Assembly (NCBI GenBank): GCA_038533095.1
Contig: JBCAZI010000004.1
Coordinates: 3,028 to 67,027, forward strand
Length of the DNA stretch: 64,000 nt
DNA from: Pseudomonadota bacterium
GTDB lineage: Bacteria > Pseudomonadota > Alphaproteobacteria > Rhodobacterales > Rhodobacteraceae
Direction of reading: 5' to 3'
The notes beneath the pieces are model-generated. The model was given only the letters and a program-made list of their open reading frames with translations, ran no database searches and was not told the origin of the DNA. This document shows, piece after piece, positions 1 to 9,543 of the stretch. The number at the start of each line of letters is the position of its first letter. The first letter of the stretch is position 1. Both the position numbers and the translations under genes were made by a program.

Positions 1-1046
1 CTGAACACGCATTGCGAAGCGCGGGTGCTGTGCGGCAATCCCTCGGGATCAGATGGAAAAGAGGAATATGCGGCTTGTTCGTGAAGAGGGCGGGGATAGT
101 AGATAGCAGTTGGAATGCCCGCCGATACGAGCGTCTGCATGATCTGGTCGCGCGCGCGTTCATCTGCTGCCGCAAGAGTGTACTGCGCCCAGATTGAACG
201 ATACCCTTTGGGCACATGCGGCGTCACATACCGATTGTGCAACGCCGTGCTGTAGCGATTGGCAACCCTGTTACGGGCATCAATCTCATCGGCATAGACT
301 GACAGCTTCTCTAGCAAGATTGCCGCCTGAATTGTATCTAGTCGTGAATTCATACCAATACGGACATTTTCATATTTTTCGGCGCCCTTACCATGCACGC
401 GCAGGCTGTCCAAAGTTGCGGCAAGCGTTGCATCATTGGTGAAAATCGCGCCACCATCCCCGTAACAACCCAAAGGTTTGGCCGGAAAAAAGGATGTCGT
501 GGTGACTGTACCAAATGTGCCCGTTTTCTGACCGTCTATTTCGCCACCCCAGCCTTGGGCACTATCTGCGATCAAAAACATGCCCTCGCTATCTGCGATA
601 GCTTTAATCGCGGGATAGTCAGCAGGCAGACCGAACAGATCGACGGGAATAATCGCAGCGGGGCGCAACCCCAGCGTTTTGGCGTGATCGACTGCGCGCT
701 GCAAACTCTCCGGTGACATCGTGTAGGTGGCAAGATCTATGTCAACAAAGACTGGCGTGGCGCCCATGCAAGGGATAACCTCGGCTGTTGCAGCAAAGGT
801 AAACGACGGCACGAACACCGCATCACCGGTTCGTATGCCCAAAGCCATGAGCACGAGCTGCAATGCATCCGTTCCGTTAGCGCATGAAATGCAATGTCCT
901 GCACCGCAGAACTGAGCAAGCTTTTGCTCCAACTCGGCTACTTCAGGGCCCATGATATATGCACCATGGTCCAACACAGCGGCGATCCTTGCGTCGATCC
1001 TGTCACGCAGGCGGGTCTGTTGGGCGGCCAGATCAACAAATTGCAT
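1..1046 (-). CDS. wbpE: DegT/DnrJ/EryC1-family PLP aminotransferase, WbpE-like (UDP-2-acetamido-2-deoxy-3-oxo-glucuronate aminotransferase); 3' end runs off the window
   Basis: Absent from the ORF track because it is truncated. Hand translation of the minus strand from ATG 1046..1044 gives MQFVDLAAQQTRLRDRIDARIAAVLDHGAYIMGPEVAELEQKLAQFCGAGHCISCANGTDALQLVLMALG...SFFPAKPLGCYGDGGAIFTND...NSRLDTIQAAILL, open to position 1. It closely resembles P. aeruginosa WbpE as I remember it and lies downstream of wbpA/B/D-like genes. Confidence 0.85.
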   Translation of the reverse strand, partial: MQFVDLAAQQTRLRDRIDARIAAVLDHGAYIMGPEVAELEQKLAQFCGAGHCISCANGTDALQLVLMALGIRTGDAVFVPSFTFAATAEVIPCMGATPVFVDIDLATYTMSPESLQRAVDHAKTLGLRPAAIIPVDLFGLPADYPAIKAIADSEGMFLIADSAQGWGGEIDGQKTGTFGTVTTTSFFPAKPLGCYGDGGAIFTNDATLAATLDSLRVHGKGAEKYENVRIGMNSRLDTIQAAILLEKLSVYADEIDARNRVANRYSTALHNRYVTPHVPKGYRSIWAQYTLAAADERARDQIMQTLVSAGIPTAIYYPRPLHEQAAYSSFPSDPEGLPHSTRASQCVF

Positions 1047-1049
1047 CTG

Positions 1050-1640
1050 TTACTCGCCCTCAAGCATAAGCTGTTCACCTTTTTCAACGTAACGCTCACC
1101 GGTACGCTGGCATATTAGGTCATTACCTAGTCGGTCACCGGACCTGCTGACCCAACCGATGCGACGCGCTGGAACTCCAGCCATCAAGGCGTAGTCTGGG
1201 ACGTCCTTTGTAACGACGGCGCCTGCAGCAATCATCGCGTATGCGCCCAAAGTATTTCCGCAGACGATTGTGGCATTCGCGCCAATCGTTGCTCCCTTTT
1301 TCACGAGCGTGAGACTAAACTCTGACTGTCGCGAGACATGGGCGCGCGGTGTCAAAACATTGGTAAAGACGCATGACGGGCCACAAAAGACATTATCTTC
1401 AAGGGTCACACCGCAATAAAGCGCAACGTTGTTCTGTATCTTGCATCCTTGGCCAATAATGACATTCGGGCCAGCCATCACATTCTGGCCCAACGATGAC
1501 CGCGCGCCAATATGCGTCCCGGGCAGCACATGCACAAAATGCCACAGCTTTGCATTTGGTCCGACGGTGGACGGCCCATCGACCCAAGCGGTTTCATGAA
1601 CGAAAGCGTCCGGATGAACCTCTGCACGCGGATCAATCAT
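1050..1640 (-). CDS. wbpD: Hexapeptide-repeat N-acetyltransferase, WbpD-like (UDP-2-acetamido-3-amino-2,3-dideoxy-glucuronate N-acetyltransferase)
   Basis: 196 aa with left-handed beta-helix repeats (IGARSSLGQNVMAGPNVIIGQGCKIQNNVALYCGVTLEDNVFCGPSCVF). Overlaps the wbpB-like stop by 4 nt. Sits in wbp context. Confidence 0.8.
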   Translation of the reverse strand: MIDPRAEVHPDAFVHETAWVDGPSTVGPNAKLWHFVHVLPGTHIGARSSLGQNVMAGPNVIIGQGCKIQNNVALYCGVTLEDNVFCGPSCVFTNVLTPRAHVSRQSEFSLTLVKKGATIGANATIVCGNTLGAYAMIAAGAVVTKDVPDYALMAGVPARRIGWVSRSGDRLGNDLICQRTGERYVEKGEQLMLEGE

Positions 1641-2587
1641 GCGCCGATGACTTTACGAATATCAGGATGCTGTTCACCTTTGCGAGGTTCGATAGGGGCA
1701 TTGCGAATGTAGCTGACCACCTCGATTGATGGGCGGACAATATCAAGACCATAACCCTCACCTTTGAGAATGTTTTCGTAGGATGCGGTGTGCAAATCTG
1801 TGAAACCGCCTGAAAACTCTATTTCTTCGCCCTCAACTGTGATCGAGCGGTGGGTGGTTTGCCCCTGGGGGGTATGCGCCGGTAAGTGATCACGGTTGAT
1901 CGACAAAACCCAGCGGACACGTGCCTTTTCAAATTCAAGATACCCGGCAGCGGCGTCAGCCGCGCGATAATGTACGATGTTTTCCTGGATTGGTCCGAAA
2001 ACAAAGCTTAACATGTCGTAGAAATGCACACCGATGTTTGTGGCGATGCCGCCTGACTTTTGCTCAAAACCCTTCCAGCTAGCGTAGTACCACGCACCCC
2101 GCGACGTAAAGTAGCCTAAATCAACGTCGTAAATCTTATCCTTGGGACCGTTTGCCACCTTCTGCTGCAATGCGATGATCGCCGGATGCAGGCGCAGTTG
2201 CAGGATCGAGTTAATGCGGTGACCCGTCTCTTTTTCAAGGTCTTCCAAATCCGCCAGGTCGTCCGGCAATAGCACGAGTGGCTTTTCACAGATCGCATCT
2301 GCGCCCGCGCGTAACGCGCAAGCCATGTGGGATTTATGCAGATAGTTCGGACTACAAATTCCTGCATATGAAATCGGCTGACCGGCACGTTTCAAGCCGT
2401 GAATGTGAGCGTCAAACCGTTCAAATTCGGTGAAAAAGGCGGCGTCTGGAAAGTGGCTATCCATAATTCCGACGCTATCATTCACATCATAAGCCACGGC
2501 CAAGTTCCCGCCGACCTGCTGGATCGCTTTCATATGTCGTGGTGCGATGTATCCGGCGGCACCGATCAGGGCAAATTGGACTGTCAT
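1637..2587 (-). CDS. wbpB: Gfo/Idh/MocA oxidoreductase, WbpB-like (UDP-N-acetyl-2-amino-2-deoxyglucuronate 3-dehydrogenase)
   Basis: 316 aa. FALIGAAGYIAPRHMKAI...ICSPNYLH...ICEKPL...NIGVHFYDML...RSITVEGEEIEFSGGFTDLHTASYENIL matches WbpB nearly motif for motif, from memory. Confidence 0.85.
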   Translation of the reverse strand: MTVQFALIGAAGYIAPRHMKAIQQVGGNLAVAYDVNDSVGIMDSHFPDAAFFTEFERFDAHIHGLKRAGQPISYAGICSPNYLHKSHMACALRAGADAICEKPLVLLPDDLADLEDLEKETGHRINSILQLRLHPAIIALQQKVANGPKDKIYDVDLGYFTSRGAWYYASWKGFEQKSGGIATNIGVHFYDMLSFVFGPIQENIVHYRAADAAAGYLEFEKARVRWVLSINRDHLPAHTPQGQTTHRSITVEGEEIEFSGGFTDLHTASYENILKGEGYGLDIVRPSIEVVSYIRNAPIEPRKGEQHPDIRKVIGA

Positions 2588-2598
2588 GCTATTCCTCC

Positions 2599-3936
2599 TT
2601 ATGCACGCACGACAGCGGCATCATCGCGATATTTGCCGCGCGTATCCACAAGCACGCGCGCGTTCTTGCGGATCATTTCATAATCAAAATCGCTGTGATC
2701 GGTCAGCAAAATAACGGCATCATAGGCGCGGAGATTATCAGCGTTCAGCTCAACCGAAGCCAGATCAAACGCGTGCTGACGCATCTTTGGAAACACTGGT
2801 ACGTTCGGGTCAGAATAGGCAACCTGCGCGCCCCAATCCCGCAAAAGCTCCATCACGAAAACACTGGGGCTTTCGCGCATATCATCCACGTCGCGCTTGT
2901 AGGCGATGCCAAGAGCCAAAACACTGGCACCATTCAGGCTTTTGCCTTCGGCGTTCAATGCACGAATTGTCTTGTCTACCACATACTGGGGCATTGACGC
3001 GTTCACTTCACCCGCAAGTTCAATAAACCGCGTGTGCAATCCGTGTTCCCGTGCCTTCCAGGTCAGGTAAAACGGATCAATCGGTATACAGTGTCCACCA
3101 ATTCCGGGGCCAGGATAATAGGCGGTAAAACCAAATGGTTTTGTTTTGGCAGCGTCAATAATCTCAAAGATATCAAGCCCCATGGCATCGGCCACGATCT
3201 TCATTTCATTGACCAGACCAATGTTGATCGACCGATGAATGTTCTCCAGCAGTTTGACCATTTCTGACGCTTGCGTCGATGAAACCGGCACGACGATATC
3301 AATGAAAGACCCGTAAAGCGCTTGCGCGGCCTCTAGACAGGCGGGCGTATGGCCGCCGGCTACCTTTGGGATTGTTTGGGTATTGAAATGTGCATTCCCC
3401 GGGTCTTCGCGTTCGGGTGAATAGACAAGAAAGAAGTTCTCTCCGACGGTCAAACCAGCCTTCTCGACATAGGGCAGAAGCACCTCCTTGGTTGTGCCGG
3501 GCCAGGTCGTTGATTCAAGGCTGAGTAGCTGCCCTTCGTGCAGATACGGCGCAAGGCTGTCCATCGTGCTTGTTACAAAGCTAAGATCAGGCTCCCGATA
3601 TTCGTTGAGTGGTGTTGGTACACAAATGATCAGCGCATCGCATTCATGCGCGCGCGCAAAATCGGTCGTGGCCGAAAACCCATTCTCCGACAGGCGCTTT
3701 ATCTCGTCAGATTGGATATGTTTGATCGGCGATTGTCCCGCATTCAGTTGATCAACACGCGCTTCGTCAATGTCGAAGCCTATTGTCGGGAAACCTGCCA
3801 TGGAGACAGAACTAATCAGCGGGATGCCCACATAACCAAGCCCGATAACACCAATAACCGCCTCACGTTTGTTTACCTTTCCCAGAAAGCCGTTCAACGC
3901 CTGCGGTGGCCCTTTGGTCTTGTTATCATCAGTCAA
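2599..3936 (-). CDS. wbpA: Nucleotide-sugar dehydrogenase, WbpA-like UDP-N-acetyl-D-glucosamine 6-dehydrogenase (a WecC-type UDP-ManNAc dehydrogenase is not excluded)
   Basis: 445 aa. Rossmann motif [14 protein letters not shown] and catalytic-Cys region [13 protein letters not shown]. First gene of the wbpA-B-D-E-like string. Confidence 0.8.
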   Translation of the reverse strand: MTDDNKTKGPPQALNGFLGKVNKREAVIGVIGLGYVGIPLISSVSMAGFPTIGFDIDEARVDQLNAGQSPIKHIQSDEIKRLSENGFSATTDFARAHECDALIICVPTPLNEYREPDLSFVTSTMDSLAPYLHEGQLLSLESTTWPGTTKEVLLPYVEKAGLTVGENFFLVYSPEREDPGNAHFNTQTIPKVAGGHTPACLEAAQALYGSFIDIVVPVSSTQASEMVKLLENIHRSINIGLVNEMKIVADAMGLDIFEIIDAAKTKPFGFTAYYPGPGIGGHCIPIDPFYLTWKAREHGLHTRFIELAGEVNASMPQYVVDKTIRALNAEGKSLNGASVLALGIAYKRDVDDMRESPSVFVMELLRDWGAQVAYSDPNVPVFPKMRQHAFDLASVELNADNLRAYDAVILLTDHSDFDYEMIRKNARVLVDTRGKYRDDAAVVRA

Positions 3937-4067
3937 ATTATAAACTCGCCTCTAGTTTTGTTTGTGGTTGCCTATGGGGCAGACCGATAGATTGTAGAAA
4001 GTGGGGTGTTGCGGCACGCAGATTTGGACAACAGCAGATGCTCTGAAATCCAACATGATTGAAGGCC

Positions 4068-4412
4068 TCAGCTTTCATCGCTTTTCGCCTCGCTGCCCAA
4101 TTCGATGCGCAAACCATCAATTTCCGCCTGCAAAGCCTCATGTTCACGCATTTTTCGTTTGAGAAACTGCTTGGTCATCCGGGCCTTATCAGCAATGCCA
4201 TCAGGCGTCAGGATATAAGCGTACCGCAGTTTGCTGTCAGACGCGCGAAAGTTCTCAACCTTGATGGCGCCCTTTTCGATCAGCGCTTTGATACAATAGT
4301 TTATACCACCCAAGCTTATACCAAGCGCGCGCGAAAGCTCGCGTTGTGACATTTTGGGGTTATGCTCAAGCGCCCGCATCACGCGAAAGCGGATCTCAGC
4401 TTTGTCGTTCAT
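4068..4412 (-). CDS. MarR-family EPS-associated transcriptional regulator
   Basis: MNDKAEIRFRVMRALEHNPKMSQRELSRALGISLGGINYCIKALIEKGAIKVENFRASDSKLRYAYILTPDG is the typical winged-helix EPS-locus MarR. The maximal ORF extends to 4457. I prefer ATG 4412. Confidence 0.75.
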   Translation of the reverse strand: MNDKAEIRFRVMRALEHNPKMSQRELSRALGISLGGINYCIKALIEKGAIKVENFRASDSKLRYAYILTPDGIADKARMTKQFLKRKMREHEALQAEIDGLRIELGSEAKSDES

Positions 4413-4605
4413 TTCTTGCTCTTTCGAGGGCGCGATGTCTGCCGGTCTAGGGGTCACGAAGGTTATCTGTTCTCGTTACATGATTTATCCTGAGCGTTCA
4501 TAGATGAACGGTGGCAGCAAAAGATGGCAATTTCAAGGTCTGGTCATGGTGCTTGAACCAAGTCTGTTAATGTTCGAATTTGATGAAAATTTGGTAAAAA
4601 ATGAA

Positions 4606-5877
4606 CTAGCTCGGGGCGGGTTCGTTTTCTTGGCTGATAGTTTGATGTCCAAGGCCTTCCAGCATCGCAAATGCGATGATCGCGACTGGAACGCTATATG
4701 GATAGAAGAGCCCACCGTCGACCAACGAATGCACAATCATTGTTACCAATGCGACAAAAGGTAGAACCGCGTTGCTTGGATTTCGCTTAAGCGCCCTGAT
4801 CAGATTAGGTATGAATGCCGAAACCGTGGCAAGCATGATGAGCGTCCCAATGGCGCCCCAATGCAACATCAATTGAAGCCCAATGTTATGTGGGTGACGA
4901 AATGGTGAACCAAGGTATTCAGGGATTTGTCCCATCAAACCGGGCCCGTAGCCAAAAACAACATTCTGCGAGATTGCAATGGCGGCAAATCTCCAAACAT
5001 CTGCGCGGCCACTTAGCATTTGTGTGCCGGTCTGATCCGCGATTGCTGCACCTCGTTCAAAAAGTGGCAGCCAAGGCAAAGTCGGTGAAAGCAGAGAGAA
5101 AACACTCACCAGCACCGTGACCAAAACCATGGCGGCGACACCGGTCACCCGAACCCGTTGACGTTGCCAAATGCAAAAGCACGAGATGACAGCAAGTCCG
5201 GCAATAAAGGCGACAGCACCCCCACGAGACCCGGTATGAATGAGATAGAACACCGACGCACCGTAGCAGACAACTGGCAGGACAAGACGCGTGCTATTCA
5301 TCATAGTTTGGACTGCCATGACTGCCGCAACAGGTGCCAGAAAATACCCTAAATGCCGCACGTTATCGAAGGCCGGAAGGTGGTTAGCGCGGATCTGTTC
5401 CGGCCACAAAGCCCATGCGAAAAGAAAGGCGGCTACATGACCTAAAGCGACAATGCCGCAGACTAGCCAAATGAAACCCATGACGTCAGCCACCTGCAAT
5501 CGCGCATAGAGGACAACCGCAACAAAAAACATGACGTGTACAATCCAAGCCAAACCAAACGCGCTTGCAGAAGGGATATCTGAAGAAAACGAAATAAAAG
5601 CGACATAGGCGATAAGCACGCCAATCAGCACGTGCTGGGCACGCGTTAGTTCCATAAAAGCGGTTTGATATGTCTTTTGTCGGGCAGCTACAAAAACAAA
5701 GAAAATCTGCGTCAACGTGGTGGGTAGCTGCAAAATCTCTATGCGCCCGGGTTCCGTGCTCAAGCCAAACAGTAACAGAACAAGAGAAGACGCAACCACA
5801 AGCGCAAGCAACCCCGTCAGCAAATCAAACCGTTCCGAAGCCACGTTCAACACGTCTCCCAAAGCCCGAAGGACCAT
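4606..5877 (-). CDS. O-antigen ligase / polymerase-like polytopic membrane protein (Wzy_C family)
   Basis: 423 aa, about 10 or more hydrophobic segments, with a GSRGGAVAF-type loop. Lies inside the polysaccharide locus. Confidence 0.6.
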   Translation of the reverse strand: MVLRALGDVLNVASERFDLLTGLLALVVASSLVLLLFGLSTEPGRIEILQLPTTLTQIFFVFVAARQKTYQTAFMELTRAQHVLIGVLIAYVAFISFSSDIPSASAFGLAWIVHVMFFVAVVLYARLQVADVMGFIWLVCGIVALGHVAAFLFAWALWPEQIRANHLPAFDNVRHLGYFLAPVAAVMAVQTMMNSTRLVLPVVCYGASVFYLIHTGSRGGAVAFIAGLAVISCFCIWQRQRVRVTGVAAMVLVTVLVSVFSLLSPTLPWLPLFERGAAIADQTGTQMLSGRADVWRFAAIAISQNVVFGYGPGLMGQIPEYLGSPFRHPHNIGLQLMLHWGAIGTLIMLATVSAFIPNLIRALKRNPSNAVLPFVALVTMIVHSLVDGGLFYPYSVPVAIIAFAMLEGLGHQTISQENEPAPS

Positions 5878-6105
5878 CCATTACACATTACTTAGCCTCA
5901 CTGGTTCAGCATCCGTTTATAGGGGAGCCGTCTTTCAAGCGTCCGGCTACGCGCATGCCAAATAGACAAAGAGCGGTCTTGATATGACAATTTAGTGTCG
6001 ATTTGTCGATCCAAAGCAGAAAAGAGGCTATGCGCACGCCACACCTGCATTGCTAAGGACGCATTGGCTACGTCCAGAATCGATGCAGCGATTAAGGTCA
6101 GGACC

Positions 6106-8235
6106 CTAGGAATCGCAATAAGTCTGATAAGCGCCATAGCTATCACCGTAGCCATAGCGTTTCATACCCTTGGGGGATATCTGGCCAAGGACCAGACCAG
6201 CGATCTTGACCCTGACCTGATCAAAGGACTTTAGCCCATCCAACACCTGCCGGTGCGTGGTATGGTCCCATTTCACTGTATAGATTGTTGTATCGACCCA
6301 GCGCCCGATAATGCGCGCATCCGCGACGGCCAAAACTGGTGGTGTGTCGATGATGATGTAGTCATATCTCCCGCGCAAACTGTTGATGAACACCCCGAAC
6401 CTGTCTGAAGAGAATATATCAGCTGCATTTGTCTGAGATTTCTCGCCAAACAGGACATCAAAACTCATGCCGGGTAGTTGTGAGATCGCGTCTTCAAGCA
6501 AAACCTCACCAAGCATGACACTCAGAAAGCCGCATTTCTCAGGCACCTCAAAATACGCGCTCATTACGCGGCGGCGGATATCGCCTTCGATCAGCAATAC
6601 CTTTTTCCCCAGTCCCGCCAGATTGAGTGCCAGTGAAAGTGACTGCGTGGTCTTGCCTTCACCCGGCACCGACGACGTTGACATGATGACTTGCGGCGGC
6701 TTGTCCAAATTCGCCAGCAAAAGCGATGTGCGTAAGTTGCGCACCGCCTCTGCTACGCCAGAGTTCGGTTTGTCTTGTAGATATTTCAGAACCTTTTTCC
6801 GACTGCGTGCCGGCACCAGTGGGATCTGTCCAACGACGGCGTGGCCGGTCTTTGCTTCAAGATCCTCAGGCGTCCGGAACGTATTTTGTGACAGCTCACG
6901 CAAAAGGACCAATCCTGCGCCAATCACAGCCCCAACGATCAATGAAAGAACAAGGATAGTGCCCTTACGTGGCGCGGAGGGGCTGTTAGGTGACACTGCG
7001 TAGGATAAGATGCGACTTTCTGCCTGTTGCAGGCCTTGCTGAACAGACGTTTCCTTCAGTCTGGCGAGGAAGAACTCATAGATCAGGCGGCTGGCTTCGG
7101 TCTCGCGCTGCAACTGTTGAAGGGCCACAAGCTCATCTGACTGGGTTGCAATACTCTGGGTGATCTCTGCAATTGAAATCGCAACTGCCTGAGCTTGGGT
7201 GTCCGCGCGATCACGCTCCATGATAGCGCGTGCAAGCACGTTGTTGAACCGGGTCTCAAACTGATCTTGGTTCAGCGAAGGCTCGCGTGCGGCTGCCAGC
7301 CCGCGCAATATCGGGTCATTCGCAACCTCCGCCATGCGCGCAATATCGCCAGAGGCCAAAGCCGCATTCAACGCATCCACACGGTCCGCGTTTTCCGCGA
7401 CGCTCAGATCAATCCCTGTCTGACGCTCGCGCATATCCTTCAATTGACGGTTCAGCCCTACCAAACCTTCAGGGCTTATAAGGTCGGTGTTGCTGCTGAA
7501 CTCTTTCAGTTGGTTTTCGCTCGTCTCCAGCTCGATCTGAAGTTCGGCAACCCTCTCAGTCAACCATGCTGTCGCTTCAGCAGTTTTTTCGAACTTCAGG
7601 ACGATCTGATCTTCAACATACAGCTCTGCAAGGCGGTTCGCGATCTGGGCCGATTTCGCAGGGTCACCGGTCACAACGGTCAGATCAAAGACGTAGCTTT
7701 GGCGCACATTCGATACCGAGAGTTGGGAGAGCAAGGCATTCACGACATGGTCGCGTATAGCCGTATCGGACAGCGGCGGGTTTTGTGGTGTCTGCCCAAA
7801 GACATTCCTGCGCACCGCATCGGTGATGGCACCGACGGAGTACCACGGTTCTTCTCTCAGCGTGCTGTTGAATTCCGGGTCCGCTATAAGCCCAAGATCA
7901 TCGACAACCTTGCCAATCAAACGCCGAGAGCGCAGCACTTCAACCTCAGTATTGATGGTAACCTGATCGCCGGACAAGCCGGACATCACACCTTCAATAT
8001 CAACGATCTGTTCTTGGCGACTTTCCAGCGCAACAGAGGCTGTGGTTGTAAATTCTGGCGTTGCAACCGCAAATGCATAATAGCCACCCAGCAATACAGC
8101 AAGCAGACCGCTTAGGATGATCCAAAGCTTTCCACGCCACAACGTGCCAAAGACTGCGGTCAGATCAATCTCGTCATCCGTTGGTGCCAAGACTGGCCGT
8201 TTGCCTTTGATGATGTCATAGGAATGGAACGTCAT
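6106..8235 (-). CDS. Polysaccharide biosynthesis tyrosine autokinase / chain-length determinant (Wzc/ExoP/GumC family)
   Basis: N-terminal Wzz-like region with 2 TM segments and long coiled coils. C-terminal P-loop SSVPGEGKTTQSLSLALNLAGLGKKVLLIEGDIRRR and a Tyr-rich tail RYGYGDSYGAYQTY. The maximal ORF reaches 8265. I prefer ATG 8235 (MTFHSYD). Confidence 0.85.
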   Translation of the reverse strand: MTFHSYDIIKGKRPVLAPTDDEIDLTAVFGTLWRGKLWIILSGLLAVLLGGYYAFAVATPEFTTTASVALESRQEQIVDIEGVMSGLSGDQVTINTEVEVLRSRRLIGKVVDDLGLIADPEFNSTLREEPWYSVGAITDAVRRNVFGQTPQNPPLSDTAIRDHVVNALLSQLSVSNVRQSYVFDLTVVTGDPAKSAQIANRLAELYVEDQIVLKFEKTAEATAWLTERVAELQIELETSENQLKEFSSNTDLISPEGLVGLNRQLKDMRERQTGIDLSVAENADRVDALNAALASGDIARMAEVANDPILRGLAAAREPSLNQDQFETRFNNVLARAIMERDRADTQAQAVAISIAEITQSIATQSDELVALQQLQRETEASRLIYEFFLARLKETSVQQGLQQAESRILSYAVSPNSPSAPRKGTILVLSLIVGAVIGAGLVLLRELSQNTFRTPEDLEAKTGHAVVGQIPLVPARSRKKVLKYLQDKPNSGVAEAVRNLRTSLLLANLDKPPQVIMSTSSVPGEGKTTQSLSLALNLAGLGKKVLLIEGDIRRRVMSAYFEVPEKCGFLSVMLGEVLLEDAISQLPGMSFDVLFGEKSQTNAADIFSSDRFGVFINSLRGRYDYIIIDTPPVLAVADARIIGRWVDTTIYTVKWDHTTHRQVLDGLKSFDQVRVKIAGLVLGQISPKGMKRYGYGDSYGAYQTYCDS

Positions 8236-8386
8236 ATTGAACCTTCTGGCTGCGTCGGCGCACAACCGCTTTGCTCAAAACCAATGATTTTCATAGCAAC
8301 GCACGCGCTGATCCGACATCCTTCATTAAGGTTAATATTTGGCAAACGTTCGCAGCTTGGCTCGCCTATTTTAGCGCCAACTCAAT

Positions 8387-9199
8387 TCATGGGATTTGAA
8401 CAAATCGGCACTGGTTATCGGCCAAATAGGCCGCTGTCAGTCGTCCGGTATGGTAGGCACCTGTGTCAATCGCGATACGGCTGTTATGGATTTCCGGAGC
8501 GCCTACCGTGGTGTGCCCATGCACCACACAGGCATTGTCCTGACGTGATGTTCGCAAGAAAGCGGGATGCCCCCATAACATGGTTTTCGAACGCTGGGCA
8601 GTTGGCGTTTTGATAGGGTCCATGGCGGCATGAACGCACCAGACATTTCCGCTGTGCCAAGACAGAGGCAGTTGTCGCAACCACGCTGTCATTGCGGGGT
8701 CTAAAGCACGCTCAAGCGCTTGGCACAGGTGCATCGGATCATCATGAATAGTTGCGCGGTGCACGCCAAAGCTTTCCAGCGTCGCAAGCCCGCCATGGCG
8801 CAACCAGATATTGCCGCGCCCCAAGGGGTCGTCGATGAAATCCAGCATCATCCGTTCGTGGTTGCCCATAAGGCAGACAACCTGATCGGGGCGGCGATAT
8901 TCCAAATCAAACAACCATTTCAGAACACCCGCCGCGTCGGGACCCCGATCGATGTAGTCGCCCAAAAACACCAACTTCTGATTTGCTTCAGGGTCGATTT
9001 GCTGCATCAGCACGTCCAGCAGGTCCAATCGTCCGTGTATGTCACCGATGGCATAAAATGGCGCGTCTGGCTGCAGGACATTAGCTATTTTGTCGCCTGT
9101 TTGGGCGCGCTTTTTTTCCTTGCCAAGGAACTGTCCTAAGAATTGCCTCAACAAAGGTTTCTCCTGCGAGGGATAGAGTGGGGTTCGCTTGATACGCAT
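8387..9199 (-). CDS. Calcineurin-like (PPP-family) metallophosphoesterase, Ser/Thr phosphatase 1 / ApaH-like
   Basis: 270 aa with all three signature motifs: GDIHGRLDLL, GDYIDRGPD and GNHE. Confidence 0.8.
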   Translation of the reverse strand: MRIKRTPLYPSQEKPLLRQFLGQFLGKEKKRAQTGDKIANVLQPDAPFYAIGDIHGRLDLLDVLMQQIDPEANQKLVFLGDYIDRGPDAAGVLKWLFDLEYRRPDQVVCLMGNHERMMLDFIDDPLGRGNIWLRHGGLATLESFGVHRATIHDDPMHLCQALERALDPAMTAWLRQLPLSWHSGNVWCVHAAMDPIKTPTAQRSKTMLWGHPAFLRTSRQDNACVVHGHTTVGAPEIHNSRIAIDTGAYHTGRLTAAYLADNQCRFVQIP

Positions 9200-9543
9200 A
9201 TAGCTCTCTCGTCATTTGGACGTGTGCCAGACCTTTGCTAAGTCCATGTTTGACGTTAGAACCTTTCACTACATCCGTTATCGGTAATTCATTAAGACTA
9301 GCTTCAATAAATTCATAAATCCTTAACCAAGGTCTCTTTATCACTGGCCTAGGTCGATTGGGTTCGACGGGGATGGGTTTTCCTGAAGCTTGACCCCAAT
9401 TCCGAACGGCAATTGCCTGCACTCGTGATAGCCCTGGGGCGTTGATTTTTTGGGTCAGAACGGTGGGTGCCAGCAATCAGAAAGACGGCCCTTCTAGACG
9501 GGAATGAGAATTGATACTTGCCTTACAACGTTGGTGTCTGGGA

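Noticed and set aside
4495-4510. Inverted repeat CGTTCAT-AG-ATGAACG upstream of the EPS MarR gene.
   Set aside because: A 7-bp arm could be an operator, but it is short and unique in the window. A 2-nt loop excludes a hairpin terminator. I did not promote it to a feature.
7195-8115. Long ORFs antisense to or out of frame with clearly assigned genes. Examples: 7195..8115 (+), 12413..13273 (+), 18385..19431 (+), 24838..25578 (-), 30921..31769 (+), 33446..34384 (+), 35832..36602 (+), 49361..49963 (-).
   Set aside because: These are typical shadow ORFs of GC-rich DNA. Their translations are Arg/Pro/Gly-rich low-complexity sequence with no motifs, and each is fully covered by a gene with strong family signatures on the other strand or frame.
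9081-9476. 131-aa minus-strand ORF spanning the phosphatase 5' end and the AT-rich spacer before the Wza-like gene.
   Set aside because: It overlaps the well-supported metallophosphoesterase N-terminus and has no motif. It is more likely promoter or intergenic DNA.
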